Part shown: piece after piece, positions 29,652 through 38,617 of the stretch
Layout: every line of letters begins with the position of its first letter
Numbering within the stretch: position 1 is the stretch's first letter
Assembly (NCBI GenBank): GCA_964513145.1
Contig: CAZELK010000004.1
Span: forward strand, 6,961-70,960
DNA: 64,000 bases
Source of the DNA: Candidatus Woesearchaeota archaeon
GTDB lineage: Archaea; Nanobdellota; Nanobdellia; SCGC-AAA011-G17; JACPIM01
Reading direction: 5' to 3'
The notes under the pieces: model-generated
The model's database searches: none
What the model saw: only the letters and a program-made list of their open reading frames with translations
What the model was told of the DNA's origin: nothing
Program-made: the position numbers and the translations under genes

Positions 29652-31151
29652 TTAAAAGTTTTGTTTTTCTATGAATTCATATATGATTAATGATGGATTT
29701 TGCTGCTGCTGGTCTTGGAAATAAACTCTTGATACCTTCAAGCTGTCTTTATTCTCATCTGGATATTTGTAAAATGCGTCAGCAGAACGCTCATACATTG
29801 AAACAACATAAAACTTTGGTTTTAAATTTAATACTTCTTCTTTTGTTTCAACATAATACGTAGACCTGTCTGAATAATATTGCATTTGTGGTATTGAATT
29901 TGAAATTATTACTTCTCCGGGCTTTGAGTTTTCCTTCATCCATATTGCTGCTTCTTTAACCTGTATATAAGAACCTTTTTTTGAGTTTATCAATTCATTA
30001 GAACTTTTAATTTGTGAGAAAGAACCAACCAGCAGCAGGATTACAATTACTATTAAAGCAGTATATTTATTGTAATTTTTTGCATATTCATAAATTCTAA
30101 ACAAACCATATGCAGCTATAATTGCAATTATCGGCAATATGCCGATTAAGTATCTTTCTTCAATATATAAGCTCTTCATGCCATGATAAATAAACGGCGG
30201 CAGCATAAACATAAACAAAAACAAGTTTTTTTGAAGGCTTGTTTCTTTAAACAGCAAATCAGGAGCAATAACAAAATCCAGTAAAAAAAATAATCCAATA
30301 ATGAATGTTATGAACAAAAACCAGCCAATATTTCCTGGTACTGCAATTAAATATTGATACAAACCAGATATGCCTAGATATGGCTGCTTGTCTTTTGCAG
30401 GAACACCAACTTCACCATAATGCCTTAAGAAATCTTGAACACCGCCAGGATAATTTTTTTGATATAAAATAAAAAACGGAGACAATATTAATAATATCAA
30501 TAAAAAGGCACCAATCATGTGCTTATTTTTCCAGAATTTTCCTTTCTCTTTAATTAAATAAACAAAAACAAATGATATAATTGCCAGGAATATAGCAAAC
30601 CTGACTGACATTGCCAAACCAGCAAATAAGCCGAATAAGTAAATATATTTAGTATTATTTTCTTTTATATAACCTTTGTAAAAATAATAAACAGCAAATA
30701 ACATTAATGCTGCGGCCGGAACTGAATTTAACAGTCTGGTTGTTTCAAACAAAATAATTTTTGAAAATGCCATTGCAAAGGCAGCTACAAGTGCTATTTT
30801 TTTATTAAATAATTCTTTTGCTGCCAAATAAGTTGCAAATACCAATAAAACCGAAAATAAAACTTCTGTAAATCTTAATGCTGCTTCATCTAAACCTATG
30901 CTAAATAACAATGACCAAAAAACAGGCAAGAAAATAGTTCTCCTGTAATACCATATATCATTTGTTTCCAAATCAAGGCCTAATCTTCTGGCTTCTTCAG
31001 CATATTGTGCTTCATCCCACCATACTGGCTGATCAATAGTCGAAAATAGGAAATATAAGCGGATTATAAATGATAATAAAAGAATAAATATTAGTATGAT
31101 GTTATAATAATCCTTAAAAAATTCAATTGTCTTTTTTTTTATTTCAATCAT
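29652..31151 (-). CDS. GT-C fold membrane glycosyltransferase (family 39/PMT-like)
   Basis: WWDEAQY, multiple TM, EERYLIGILP. Confidence 0.85.
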   Translation of the reverse strand: MIEIKKKTIEFFKDYYNIILIFILLLSFIIRLYFLFSTIDQPVWWDEAQYAEEARRLGLDLETNDIWYYRRTIFLPVFWSLLFSIGLDEAALRFTEVLFSVLLVFATYLAAKELFNKKIALVAAFAMAFSKIILFETTRLLNSVPAAALMLFAVYYFYKGYIKENNTKYIYLFGLFAGLAMSVRFAIFLAIISFVFVYLIKEKGKFWKNKHMIGAFLLILLILSPFFILYQKNYPGGVQDFLRHYGEVGVPAKDKQPYLGISGLYQYLIAVPGNIGWFLFITFIIGLFFLLDFVIAPDLLFKETSLQKNLFLFMFMLPPFIYHGMKSLYIEERYLIGILPIIAIIAAYGLFRIYEYAKNYNKYTALIVIVILLLVGSFSQIKSSNELINSKKGSYIQVKEAAIWMKENSKPGEVIISNSIPQMQYYSDRSTYYVETKEEVLNLKPKFYVVSMYERSADAFYKYPDENKDSLKVSRVYFQDQQQQNPSLIIYEFIEKQNF

Positions 31152-31594
31152 TTTATATTTCTAACTTCTCTTATTCTTTTTCTAATATCATACCTTATTT
31201 TATTGTAAATTAAATTTGATATCTTAAGAATATTATCTGATTTAAATTCTTCAAATTGGCTTATACCACCTTCAAGATTGTATTTTCTTTTGCCATTTTT
31301 ATCTTTGATAATTACTTCTTCCAATTTGTCATTAATTTCTGGGCTAATATTATCTTTCCAATCAATACTTTTTTCATCTTTTTTATCAATGAACGTATAA
31401 ATTGTATTCCCCTTGTAAAGAATTAATTGATTTTCTGTGAATCCATTAAATGGATTATAATTAAGAACAGATTCCCTATAGACATACTTGGCTTCATTTT
31501 TAAAAGTGCCTGAGAATATTGTCTCATTATGCAAACGCAAACCCATGTATATAGCAGATAAAACCCCAAATAATGCATATTTTATTTTTTTCAT
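31148..31594 (-). CDS. Hypothetical protein
   Basis: 148 aa ORF overlapping neighbours by 4 nt. Confidence 0.55.
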   Translation of the reverse strand: MKKIKYALFGVLSAIYMGLRLHNETIFSGTFKNEAKYVYRESVLNYNPFNGFTENQLILYKGNTIYTFIDKKDEKSIDWKDNISPEINDKLEEVIIKDKNGKRKYNLEGGISQFEEFKSDNILKISNLIYNKIRYDIRKRIREVRNIK

Positions 31595-32487
31595 TTTGTA
31601 CTACCAATAATCTTCCATGCATCCTTATGCTGTTGTTTTTTTATTTTTGATTCATAATAAGTATAAAGCCACATATATAAACGGGCTGGAAACAACAGAA
31701 ATGTGTAATAAAATTCTTTTAAATTTCTAGGATATGTTAAAGCTATAAATGTTCCTTCTATTATTTCATTTAAAAATGATTTCATTTTAGGTATTTTTTT
31801 CCCTTTATACTCTATTTTATCCATGTTTAAATAAGCTTTTGAAACCCTTTTTTTCTGGGCTATCCAATCTTTAAAATTATCAGGGTATTTTACAAAAACT
31901 CTTGCTTTAGGCAGATATTTTAATTTATAGCCTTCAGTCATAAAAATAAATGGTATTATGGCATCTTCAGGTATATCTCTATTGAATTCTTTTATTACCT
32001 TGTTTCTGAAAGCAAACAAATAGCCGCTTGATGTAAAATATTTCCCTAAATTATCTCTTCTTAATCTAGCTATATGGGCTCCATATAATAATAAATGCGA
32101 CCAATACCCAAGCAAATTATTTTTTTCATTCAATGAAACTGGATTGCCAGTTACACAGCCAACTTTCGGATCTTCAAATGCTTTTGATATTTCACTTAAT
32201 GAATTTTCAGAAACAAAAACATCACCATCAGTCAATATTAATATATCTGATTTTTTTATTTCTTGAAACAACAAATTTAGGGCGTGCATCTTGCCTTTAC
32301 CTGGATCCTGAAAATGCATAACTTGTTTATATTCTTTAACATAAGTCATTGCAACATCTGTAGTCTCTTTATCTGGAGAACTAACTATAATTTCGTATTT
32401 TTCTTTTACATCTTGTTTTAGAAAAGACTCTATTGCTCTTCCTATAGTTAACGGCTCTTTAAATGATGTTATAATTATGCTTATCAT
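31591..32487 (-). CDS. Glycosyltransferase family 2
   Basis: ISIIITSFKE, GKGKMHALN, LTDGD, PED, QKKR. Confidence 0.9.
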   Translation of the reverse strand: MISIIITSFKEPLTIGRAIESFLKQDVKEKYEIIVSSPDKETTDVAMTYVKEYKQVMHFQDPGKGKMHALNLLFQEIKKSDILILTDGDVFVSENSLSEISKAFEDPKVGCVTGNPVSLNEKNNLLGYWSHLLLYGAHIARLRRDNLGKYFTSSGYLFAFRNKVIKEFNRDIPEDAIIPFIFMTEGYKLKYLPKARVFVKYPDNFKDWIAQKKRVSKAYLNMDKIEYKGKKIPKMKSFLNEIIEGTFIALTYPRNLKEFYYTFLLFPARLYMWLYTYYESKIKKQQHKDAWKIIGSTK

Positions 32488-32523
32488 AAATTAAGAACTT
32501 CAATACCCCATTAATAATATTTT

Positions 32524-33279
32524 CTATTGATCTCTTGTATCAAAATTAAATTGACAAGTCTCAGAACCGCAAAAATCAGATTTTAAAACTTTACCATCTT
32601 TTATTAATTTTAAACTTTTAACTTCCCAACTCCCAGTGGTATCACTTCTAATCGCATACTTTGTGAACTCATCAAGACTTAAAGTTAGGCTGCATTTCAT
32701 ATTATTAAGACCATTATTTGGACATCTTTTTATATCTTTTACCCAACCATTTGCTGAAATAGCATAAACATACAGTGGGGACAAAGTATTTACTACTGTG
32801 GGAACTTTTTCTGATTCAGCTTCTATAGTGTAGGTTTTTTCACCGAAAAAATCTTCTGCTAAAACTTTTGACACTTGTGTCTCTATCATGTATTCCTGAC
32901 TCCCTCTTAATGTACTTAATTTAAATTCACATTTATTTTTCGATTTACAAAAAACTTCTTTAAAAACAGGGCCTTCGAAATAAGAAATTTTTAACCAGTT
33001 AACTAACCAATTATCTGGCGAGATGCTTCTTATATAATATGCTTTTCTTTCATCTAAATGTAAGCTAAATCTGCATATGCCAGAATTGTCATCTTTACTT
33101 AAAACACATACATTGTTTCCTATAATTTTTATATCTGGATTTACTTCATATACATCTAAGTAAACCTTGTTTGTTTGATCAAGTACATTTTTTCCAGTAA
33201 TTGAATTAACATTAAAAGAAACAAGAGAGATTAATAAAATCAAAACAGCCCCTATTAATATCTGATTATCTCTTTCCAT
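32524..33279 (-). CDS. Membrane-anchored protein with internally duplicated Cys-containing domain
   Basis: Signal-like N-terminus; SPDNWLVNWLKI...FCKSKNKCEF vs TTGSWEVKSLKL...FCGSETCQF. Confidence 0.65.
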   Translation of the reverse strand: MERDNQILIGAVLILLISLVSFNVNSITGKNVLDQTNKVYLDVYEVNPDIKIIGNNVCVLSKDDNSGICRFSLHLDERKAYYIRSISPDNWLVNWLKISYFEGPVFKEVFCKSKNKCEFKLSTLRGSQEYMIETQVSKVLAEDFFGEKTYTIEAESEKVPTVVNTLSPLYVYAISANGWVKDIKRCPNNGLNNMKCSLTLSLDEFTKYAIRSDTTGSWEVKSLKLIKDGKVLKSDFCGSETCQFNFDTRDQ

Positions 33280-33402
33280 TTACAACCTCTTTTAATAAGA
33301 TTAGGTTATTACTTATTTATATATCTTTTTATGGAATTTGGGCTCAGGCATCTATTATTTTTTATATAAACATTTTTAAAATATCAAGTTTAGTTTCAAT
33401 AA

Positions 33403-34962
33403 ATGCTTGAAGACAATGTTTTAAATGATAAAGATGCTAAACTTTATGATGTTTGCATAGTGATTGATAATGAAAAAGGCAGTCTTAAACAAATAGCTGA
33501 AAGATTAAATGTAGATGTTAGAACTGTTGAAAGAAAAGTAAAAATATTAAATAGATTAGGCATTAAAGTTAGAATAAATAGAAAAGATAAAGATAATAAT
33601 ACAGATTATAATTATTCTTTAGAGGATTATATAGAAGATGCATTAGTAAAATTAGACAAATATTTTGGGGTTCGCCCTTTTTCAAAACCAAGTTCTCTTC
33701 CAAAAGAAGAACAAAAAAAAGTTATAGATACTTATAAAAAATTGTTAGATAGCGAAATAGTTCATTGGCCTTATTATTTCTTTGATGATGTAGAAACAAG
33801 AGATGAAAAAATAAAAGTAATAATCCCATTTTCTATAGAAAATGTAATCAAAAGAGAATTGAAAGACGTTTGTCAAAAACATTTGGCTAAAGCAAAATTA
33901 AATGCTGTTTGTAGTAAATATTATGGAGCCTCACCCTTTCTTTTTTTAAAAACTTCCTATACTTGGTTAAAAGAATGGGAGCTTGGTAGAGTAAAAGGAA
34001 TTTGGAGTGGAAAGAAAGGTAAACAACTTATGAAAGAAGCTATCAAATGGTTAATTGAAGATGTTTTACATTACTCTTTGGATGAAGTTCCACAAAGAAT
34101 TAGAGTTAAAGATTTTAGAGACAATAATTTAGGTGGTTTAATTCAACAACCACTTTTTCATTTATCTCCATATAAGGCACTTGATTTTGCTTATCCAGAT
34201 AGATTTAGAAAAGAACAATTTGCATATGCGAAAAAATGGGAGGGTAAAAGAGGATTAAATCGTGCTGCTAAAGTTACAAGATATATAATTGAAAGAAAAC
34301 TTGGTATAAATCCCGAAGAAATTCCTAAAGAATTAACTCGTAATAAATTTCACCAAGCTTTAAGAGAAGATGGGATTAGTGGATTACAACATGCTTTCAA
34401 TATGAAGTTATATGATATTGTTAATAATGCTTATCCAGGTAAATTTCAAAGAAGAAATTTTACAAGAGCCTTTTCTTGGAAAAATGATACAAATAAAGAA
34501 ACTGCTGCAAGAGAATTAAGATATTTTGTTGAAGAAAAAAAGGGATGGAAAGTTAAAGACTTACCTAAAAAAATTAATCAAGAAGTTTTAGTTGAAAATG
34601 GATTTTGGGGGATGTTAACTTCTAAACCTCTAGGTTTCAAAGGTTCAATATTTGCTGCAATAGATAATGCCTATCCTGGAAAATTTAAAGAATGGCAATT
34701 TAAAGGAACAAGAAAGTGGAAAGGAGAAAAAGGAAAGAAATTAGCAAGAGACGCTGTAAGATGGTTGGTAGAAGAAAGATACGGCTGGTCAGAAGAAGAG
34801 CTGCCTAAAAAAATAAGAGTCTATCATTTTAGACAAAATGGTTTATCAGGTTTATTAGCGAGTGATGATTTGGGATTAAGAAACTCGCCTTATTTAGCTG
34901 TTAATTTTGCTTATCCTGCAAAATATTTTAAAACTGATTTTCCAACTTGTAAAGGAATTTGA
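33403..34962 (+). CDS. HTH protein with about 4 tandem DUF4046-like repeats
   Basis: SLKQIAERLNVDVRTVERKV HTH; ~80 aa units with AYPGKF...W...A.R.....W...ELPK.I. Confidence 0.75.
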   Translation: MLEDNVLNDKDAKLYDVCIVIDNEKGSLKQIAERLNVDVRTVERKVKILNRLGIKVRINRKDKDNNTDYNYSLEDYIEDALVKLDKYFGVRPFSKPSSLPKEEQKKVIDTYKKLLDSEIVHWPYYFFDDVETRDEKIKVIIPFSIENVIKRELKDVCQKHLAKAKLNAVCSKYYGASPFLFLKTSYTWLKEWELGRVKGIWSGKKGKQLMKEAIKWLIEDVLHYSLDEVPQRIRVKDFRDNNLGGLIQQPLFHLSPYKALDFAYPDRFRKEQFAYAKKWEGKRGLNRAAKVTRYIIERKLGINPEEIPKELTRNKFHQALREDGISGLQHAFNMKLYDIVNNAYPGKFQRRNFTRAFSWKNDTNKETAARELRYFVEEKKGWKVKDLPKKINQEVLVENGFWGMLTSKPLGFKGSIFAAIDNAYPGKFKEWQFKGTRKWKGEKGKKLARDAVRWLVEERYGWSEEELPKKIRVYHFRQNGLSGLLASDDLGLRNSPYLAVNFAYPAKYFKTDFPTCKGI

Positions 34963-34965
34963 TTT

Positions 34966-35664
34966 TTAAGCACAAAAATTAATTTCTTTTTTTATAATTT
35001 TGCCATCTATATCTATAATCCTCTCAATCTTTCCTTTTCTTTTAGCATTTATTCTTGCTAAAGCCGAATCATTTTTATCTTTTTCATCAACAACCAACTC
35101 ATTAATAAAAAAAATGTGCTTAATTAAGGCTTTTTTAAAATTAGAATCAAAATCAAAAGCAAATTCTTTCACAAAGTTAACATCATCTGCAGCAAATGTA
35201 CAAAAATCTGCTTTAATTTCATTATTTCTTCCTGGTTTTGCTGTTTTTGGGGTTTTAACTTTGATTTTTAAAGTTCCATAATCAGTACTAAAACTTAACA
35301 AGAAAATAGCATCTGGGAATTTATTGAACAAATTAAACAAACTATCTTTTGTAATTTCGTGATCAATTAAAAATGTTTTAATACCAGCAAATTGCTTCAC
35401 ATTTACATCGAAATCCAATTCTTTCCTTATGTCTTTTGCAGTTATAATTCCACCAGTTATTTTTGTTTTATCTTTAATTGTATTTCCTAAAAATCTTGCA
35501 AAATCTTCAGCAAATTCAAAACTTGTTTTAATTTTTACAGATTTTTTCCCATTATTTATTTCAACTACAGCCCTATTTTCATAAATTCCTTTACTAAATC
35601 TTTTAAAATTTTTATGAACTGATTCATCAATTTTATTTTCGAAGATTTTTTTTATAAAGTTCAT
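34966..35664 (-). CDS. Conserved hypothetical protein
   Basis: 232 aa ORF, operon with two small upstream genes. Confidence 0.7.
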   Translation of the reverse strand: MNFIKKIFENKIDESVHKNFKRFSKGIYENRAVVEINNGKKSVKIKTSFEFAEDFARFLGNTIKDKTKITGGIITAKDIRKELDFDVNVKQFAGIKTFLIDHEITKDSLFNLFNKFPDAIFLLSFSTDYGTLKIKVKTPKTAKPGRNNEIKADFCTFAADDVNFVKEFAFDFDSNFKKALIKHIFFINELVVDEKDKNDSALARINAKRKGKIERIIDIDGKIIKKEINFCA

Positions 35665-35999
35665 TTGATTTCTTTTCCTAAATCTTTTAGATCTGCCTTG
35701 CCTTTGTCTCTTTTTATAAATTCAGGATCATGAAACATGCTATAAACAAGCCTTTCTATTCTCTTTAATCTTTCATTTATTAGATCTACCAGCTTTTTAG
35801 TTTCTATTTCTTCTTTAATTTTTTTCTTTTCTGCTTCATTAAACATATACACGACTTCTTTTTTCATATTTATAAATAAATCTAAAAATAAAGTTCTTAA
35901 TATTGCTTTTATTAAGGCAAACAAGAATTTAATTGGTACTATTATTGCTTGAATTATTTTTTGGTAACCAGTTTTTCTTTGCGACATATCCTGAAACAT
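35661..35999 (-). CDS. Hypothetical protein
   Basis: 112 aa ORF; start uncertain. Confidence 0.5.
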   Translation of the reverse strand: MFQDMSQRKTGYQKIIQAIIVPIKFLFALIKAILRTLFLDLFINMKKEVVYMFNEAEKKKIKEEIETKKLVDLINERLKRIERLVYSMFHDPEFIKRDKGKADLKDLGKEIK

Positions 36000-36156
36000 C
36001 CTTTATATTATAACCTAAATTGTAAACCCAACCAAAATATATTTTTGCAAAAGATTGCAAATCATCTGGTTTTTTCAGATCCAAGTCATTGTACGATTTT
36101 ATAAAATATGCTCCAATGACTAATAAGATTATAATTATAACAATTAATTTTTTCAT
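35929..36156 (-). CDS. Small membrane protein
   Basis: N-terminal TM, 75 aa. Confidence 0.6.
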   Translation of the reverse strand: MKKLIVIIIILLVIGAYFIKSYNDLDLKKPDDLQSFAKIYFGWVYNLGYNIKDVSGYVAKKNWLPKNNSSNNSTN

Positions 36157-36205
36157 TCAAGGAAAAGATTTATTAAAGAATATAAAGGTTTTTATTAATA
36201 TATAC

Positions 36206-36311
36206 GCTCCCATAGTCTAGCCCGGTCAAAACTTTTGAAAAAGTGCCAAAAGATGACTAAGGACGTGAGCCTCTCGCGCTCGAGACCCGAGTTCAAATCT
36301 CGGTGGGAGCA
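36206..36311 (+). tRNA. tRNA-Glu(CTC) with ~31 nt D-loop intron
   Basis: Acceptor gctccca/tgggagc, T-arm ccgag-ttcaaat-ctcgg, anticodon arm tgagc-ctCTCgc-gctcg; intron about 36230-36260; CCA not encoded. Confidence 0.93.
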
Positions 36312-36407
36312 ATAATATATTTGTGATTTTACAGAGATTATTTTAAAATTAGAAAACTCCGGAATTAAGCCAAAAAGCATATAAATATCAAAAAAAGTAT
36401 AAGAAAG

Positions 36408-36632
36408 ATGGAAAGAAAATTTCATGTATTAATTGAACAAGACGAAGACGGTGGTTATGTTGGTAAAGTTCCTGAATTAAATGGCTGTCTTAGTCAAGGC
36501 GATACTCTAGATGAACTTATGAAGAATATAAAAGAAGCTATTGAACTTTGTTTAGAGGTAGAATCTGAAGAAAATGTAAAAGTTACAGAAGAACAGATAA
36601 AGTTTGTTGGTGTTCAAGAGATTACATTATAA
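36408..36632 (+). CDS. hicB: HicB family antitoxin
   Basis: IEQDEDGGYVGKVPELNGCLSQGDTLDE. Confidence 0.92.
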   Translation: MERKFHVLIEQDEDGGYVGKVPELNGCLSQGDTLDELMKNIKEAIELCLEVESEENVKVTEEQIKFVGVQEITL

Positions 36633-36856
36633 TGAAACTTCCCTTGCTATCTTCTAAGGAATTATGCCACTTTTTGGAAAAAGAAGGTTTTAAATCAATA
36701 AGACAAAAAGGAAGCCATATATTTTACAGACATTCTGATGGAAGAACAACAGTTGTTCCAATGCACAATAAGAAAGACATTAAGAGAAGCTTACTTAGAG
36801 AAATTTTGAACGAAATAAGAATGACAAGAGAAGATTTCTTCAAAAAATATAAATAA
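36632..36856 (+). CDS. hicA: HicA family mRNA interferase toxin
   Basis: GFKSIRQKGSHIFYRHSDGRTTVVPMH. Confidence 0.93.
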   Translation: MKLPLLSSKELCHFLEKEGFKSIRQKGSHIFYRHSDGRTTVVPMHNKKDIKRSLLREILNEIRMTREDFFKKYK

Positions 36857-36885
36857 AAGTGGGCAGTTAACAAATTGTTATATGG

Positions 36886-36929
36886 TCGGTGGGAGCAGAT
36901 TATCATTTGTTACAGCTTCGGCGGGAGCA
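36886..36929 (+). repeat. Two copies of the tRNA-Glu 3' end (att-like)
   Basis: tcggtgggagca 36886-36897 equals 36300-36311; tcggcgggagca 36918-36929 has 1 mismatch. Confidence 0.75.
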
Positions 36930-37104
36930 TACGTACTTTTTTATTTTGGTTGTTTTCATTTGTACTACTCTTCTTTATATTTTAAATTGGTTTTATAACT
37001 TTAGATTTTAGGAGGGAAAAATGAAATAAAAATACCTGATCTTAGGAAGACCTGATGAAGATGAAGAAGAATATGATTTTGATGATGATAAATAAATCTT
37101 CTGA

Positions 37105-38295
37105 TTAATTATAATTTAATTTTTTTAATTTTTTTAAATCTTCACAAAAATCCAGTATTTTACGATAATTGAAACCTTTTATACATTCAACCGAGCCCAT
37201 TGTCGGACCGTAAACAGGCTTGTCAATTCCCCAGAGATCCAAATATGTTGTGCCTTGCCAATTAGTTTCATAATCACCGAGATCACTCATGCCAATTTTT
37301 TTTAATAATTTATTTCTCATGCTTTTTTTCGTATAAACTTCGTTTTTCAAAAAATCTTCAATTTGAATTTGATATAATAACAATTCTTTATGTATTTCTT
37401 TTTCATTATCACTAAAATCTGCTTTTCCTTTTTTTTCCAATTCTCTTGATCTTGCTTTTACCAGATTAAGAACATCATTTAAACTTTTTTGAACGAAATT
37501 ATTAATGTTGCTAAAATCACAGCAATAACTAAGTTCTGCTGACTTAAAACCAAGGTTTTTAGTGTAATTCGGGTCTTTGCTTAAAAAATCCAAAACTCCG
37601 CTGACTAAATCAGGATTATTTTTGAACTTTTCCATAAAAACCATAAATGACATTCCCAAAACAGGACTTTCATTTTCATCTTCTGCAGCAACTAAAGGAA
37701 CGTAACCTATTGAATCATTTAATGTTTTTGAGAAGACATTTATTGATCTTACTGAACAGTCCAGTAAATAATCCAAATGAACATCAGGGTGGCTTCTTCC
37801 ATCAGTATTTGATTTCCTAATTACTGTGCAAAAATCTTTAGTTGTATGTGGGTTTCCAAGCAATAAATGTTCACGAGCATCCATAGCATCATGAATTGGA
37901 CCTATTATTATTTCATGTGCTACACCAGAATTGTCTTTAACATGAATTCTTTTATGTAATTTTGAATTTACCCAGGCCTCAACATTTATTCCAAGTTCAT
38001 CCATCCTTTCAAAAATTCTTCTATTATAGTCTGAAAACTTGTCACAAGTATCTTTTTTTAAATTATAAGATTTCATTATTTTTGTTATTAGATTTTTTTC
38101 GAAAATTCCTTTTAGAATGTAAACTATTTTTTCTTCATCTAACATAGGTAAAGCTTCACAAAATTCTTCTAAATACTTATGAGGCCATTTTGGAACTTCT
38201 GAATCCATATCAACTTTAGAAATATCTACATTAGCAAACTCTACAAGCTGAATTAAATTTTTACGTACTTGTTTTGAGTGATCATTCATGTCCAT
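37105..38295 (-). CDS. Hypothetical protein
   Basis: 396 aa ORF, no motif recognised. Confidence 0.65.
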   Translation of the reverse strand: MDMNDHSKQVRKNLIQLVEFANVDISKVDMDSEVPKWPHKYLEEFCEALPMLDEEKIVYILKGIFEKNLITKIMKSYNLKKDTCDKFSDYNRRIFERMDELGINVEAWVNSKLHKRIHVKDNSGVAHEIIIGPIHDAMDAREHLLLGNPHTTKDFCTVIRKSNTDGRSHPDVHLDYLLDCSVRSINVFSKTLNDSIGYVPLVAAEDENESPVLGMSFMVFMEKFKNNPDLVSGVLDFLSKDPNYTKNLGFKSAELSYCCDFSNINNFVQKSLNDVLNLVKARSRELEKKGKADFSDNEKEIHKELLLYQIQIEDFLKNEVYTKKSMRNKLLKKIGMSDLGDYETNWQGTTYLDLWGIDKPVYGPTMGSVECIKGFNYRKILDFCEDLKKLKKLNYN

Positions 38296-38391
38296 TAAAT
38301 TTAATAAGTTCTATTTAAATTTTACTATTTATTAATTACTATATAATAATAACATAACTCTTATAAATAAAACTCTTGCTTTTTAGAATAA

Positions 38392-38493
38392 ATGAAGAGA
38401 AGCTCTAGAAGATGGAAGAAAAAAGGTCAGATGAGATGGAAATGGCAGAGAAAACGCATGAGACGAGAAAAGGCCAAGAGAAAAGCCAAATGA
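38392..38493 (+). CDS. rpl41e: 50S ribosomal protein eL41 (archaeal type)
   Basis: MKRSSRRWKKKGQMRWKWQRKRMRREKAKRKAK (33 aa), below ORF-track cutoff. Confidence 0.85.
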   Translation: MKRSSRRWKKKGQMRWKWQRKRMRREKAKRKAK

Positions 38494-38617
38494 GCTTTTA
38501 AAAAAAGCTTAAGCAAAAACTAAAGAAGAGCTTAAGCAAAAAATTAATATAAAATTCTAAATAAAACAAAATTATATAAATCTCTTTTTAGATATTTAAT
38601 TTAAAAGAGCGTGAATA

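Noticed and set aside
36195-36425. 76 aa minus-strand ORF
   Set aside because: Antisense to the tRNA-Glu gene; spurious
37021-37095. RBS + ATG AAA TAA followed by an acidic in-frame tail
   Set aside because: Too short and low-complexity to support a gene or a readthrough claim
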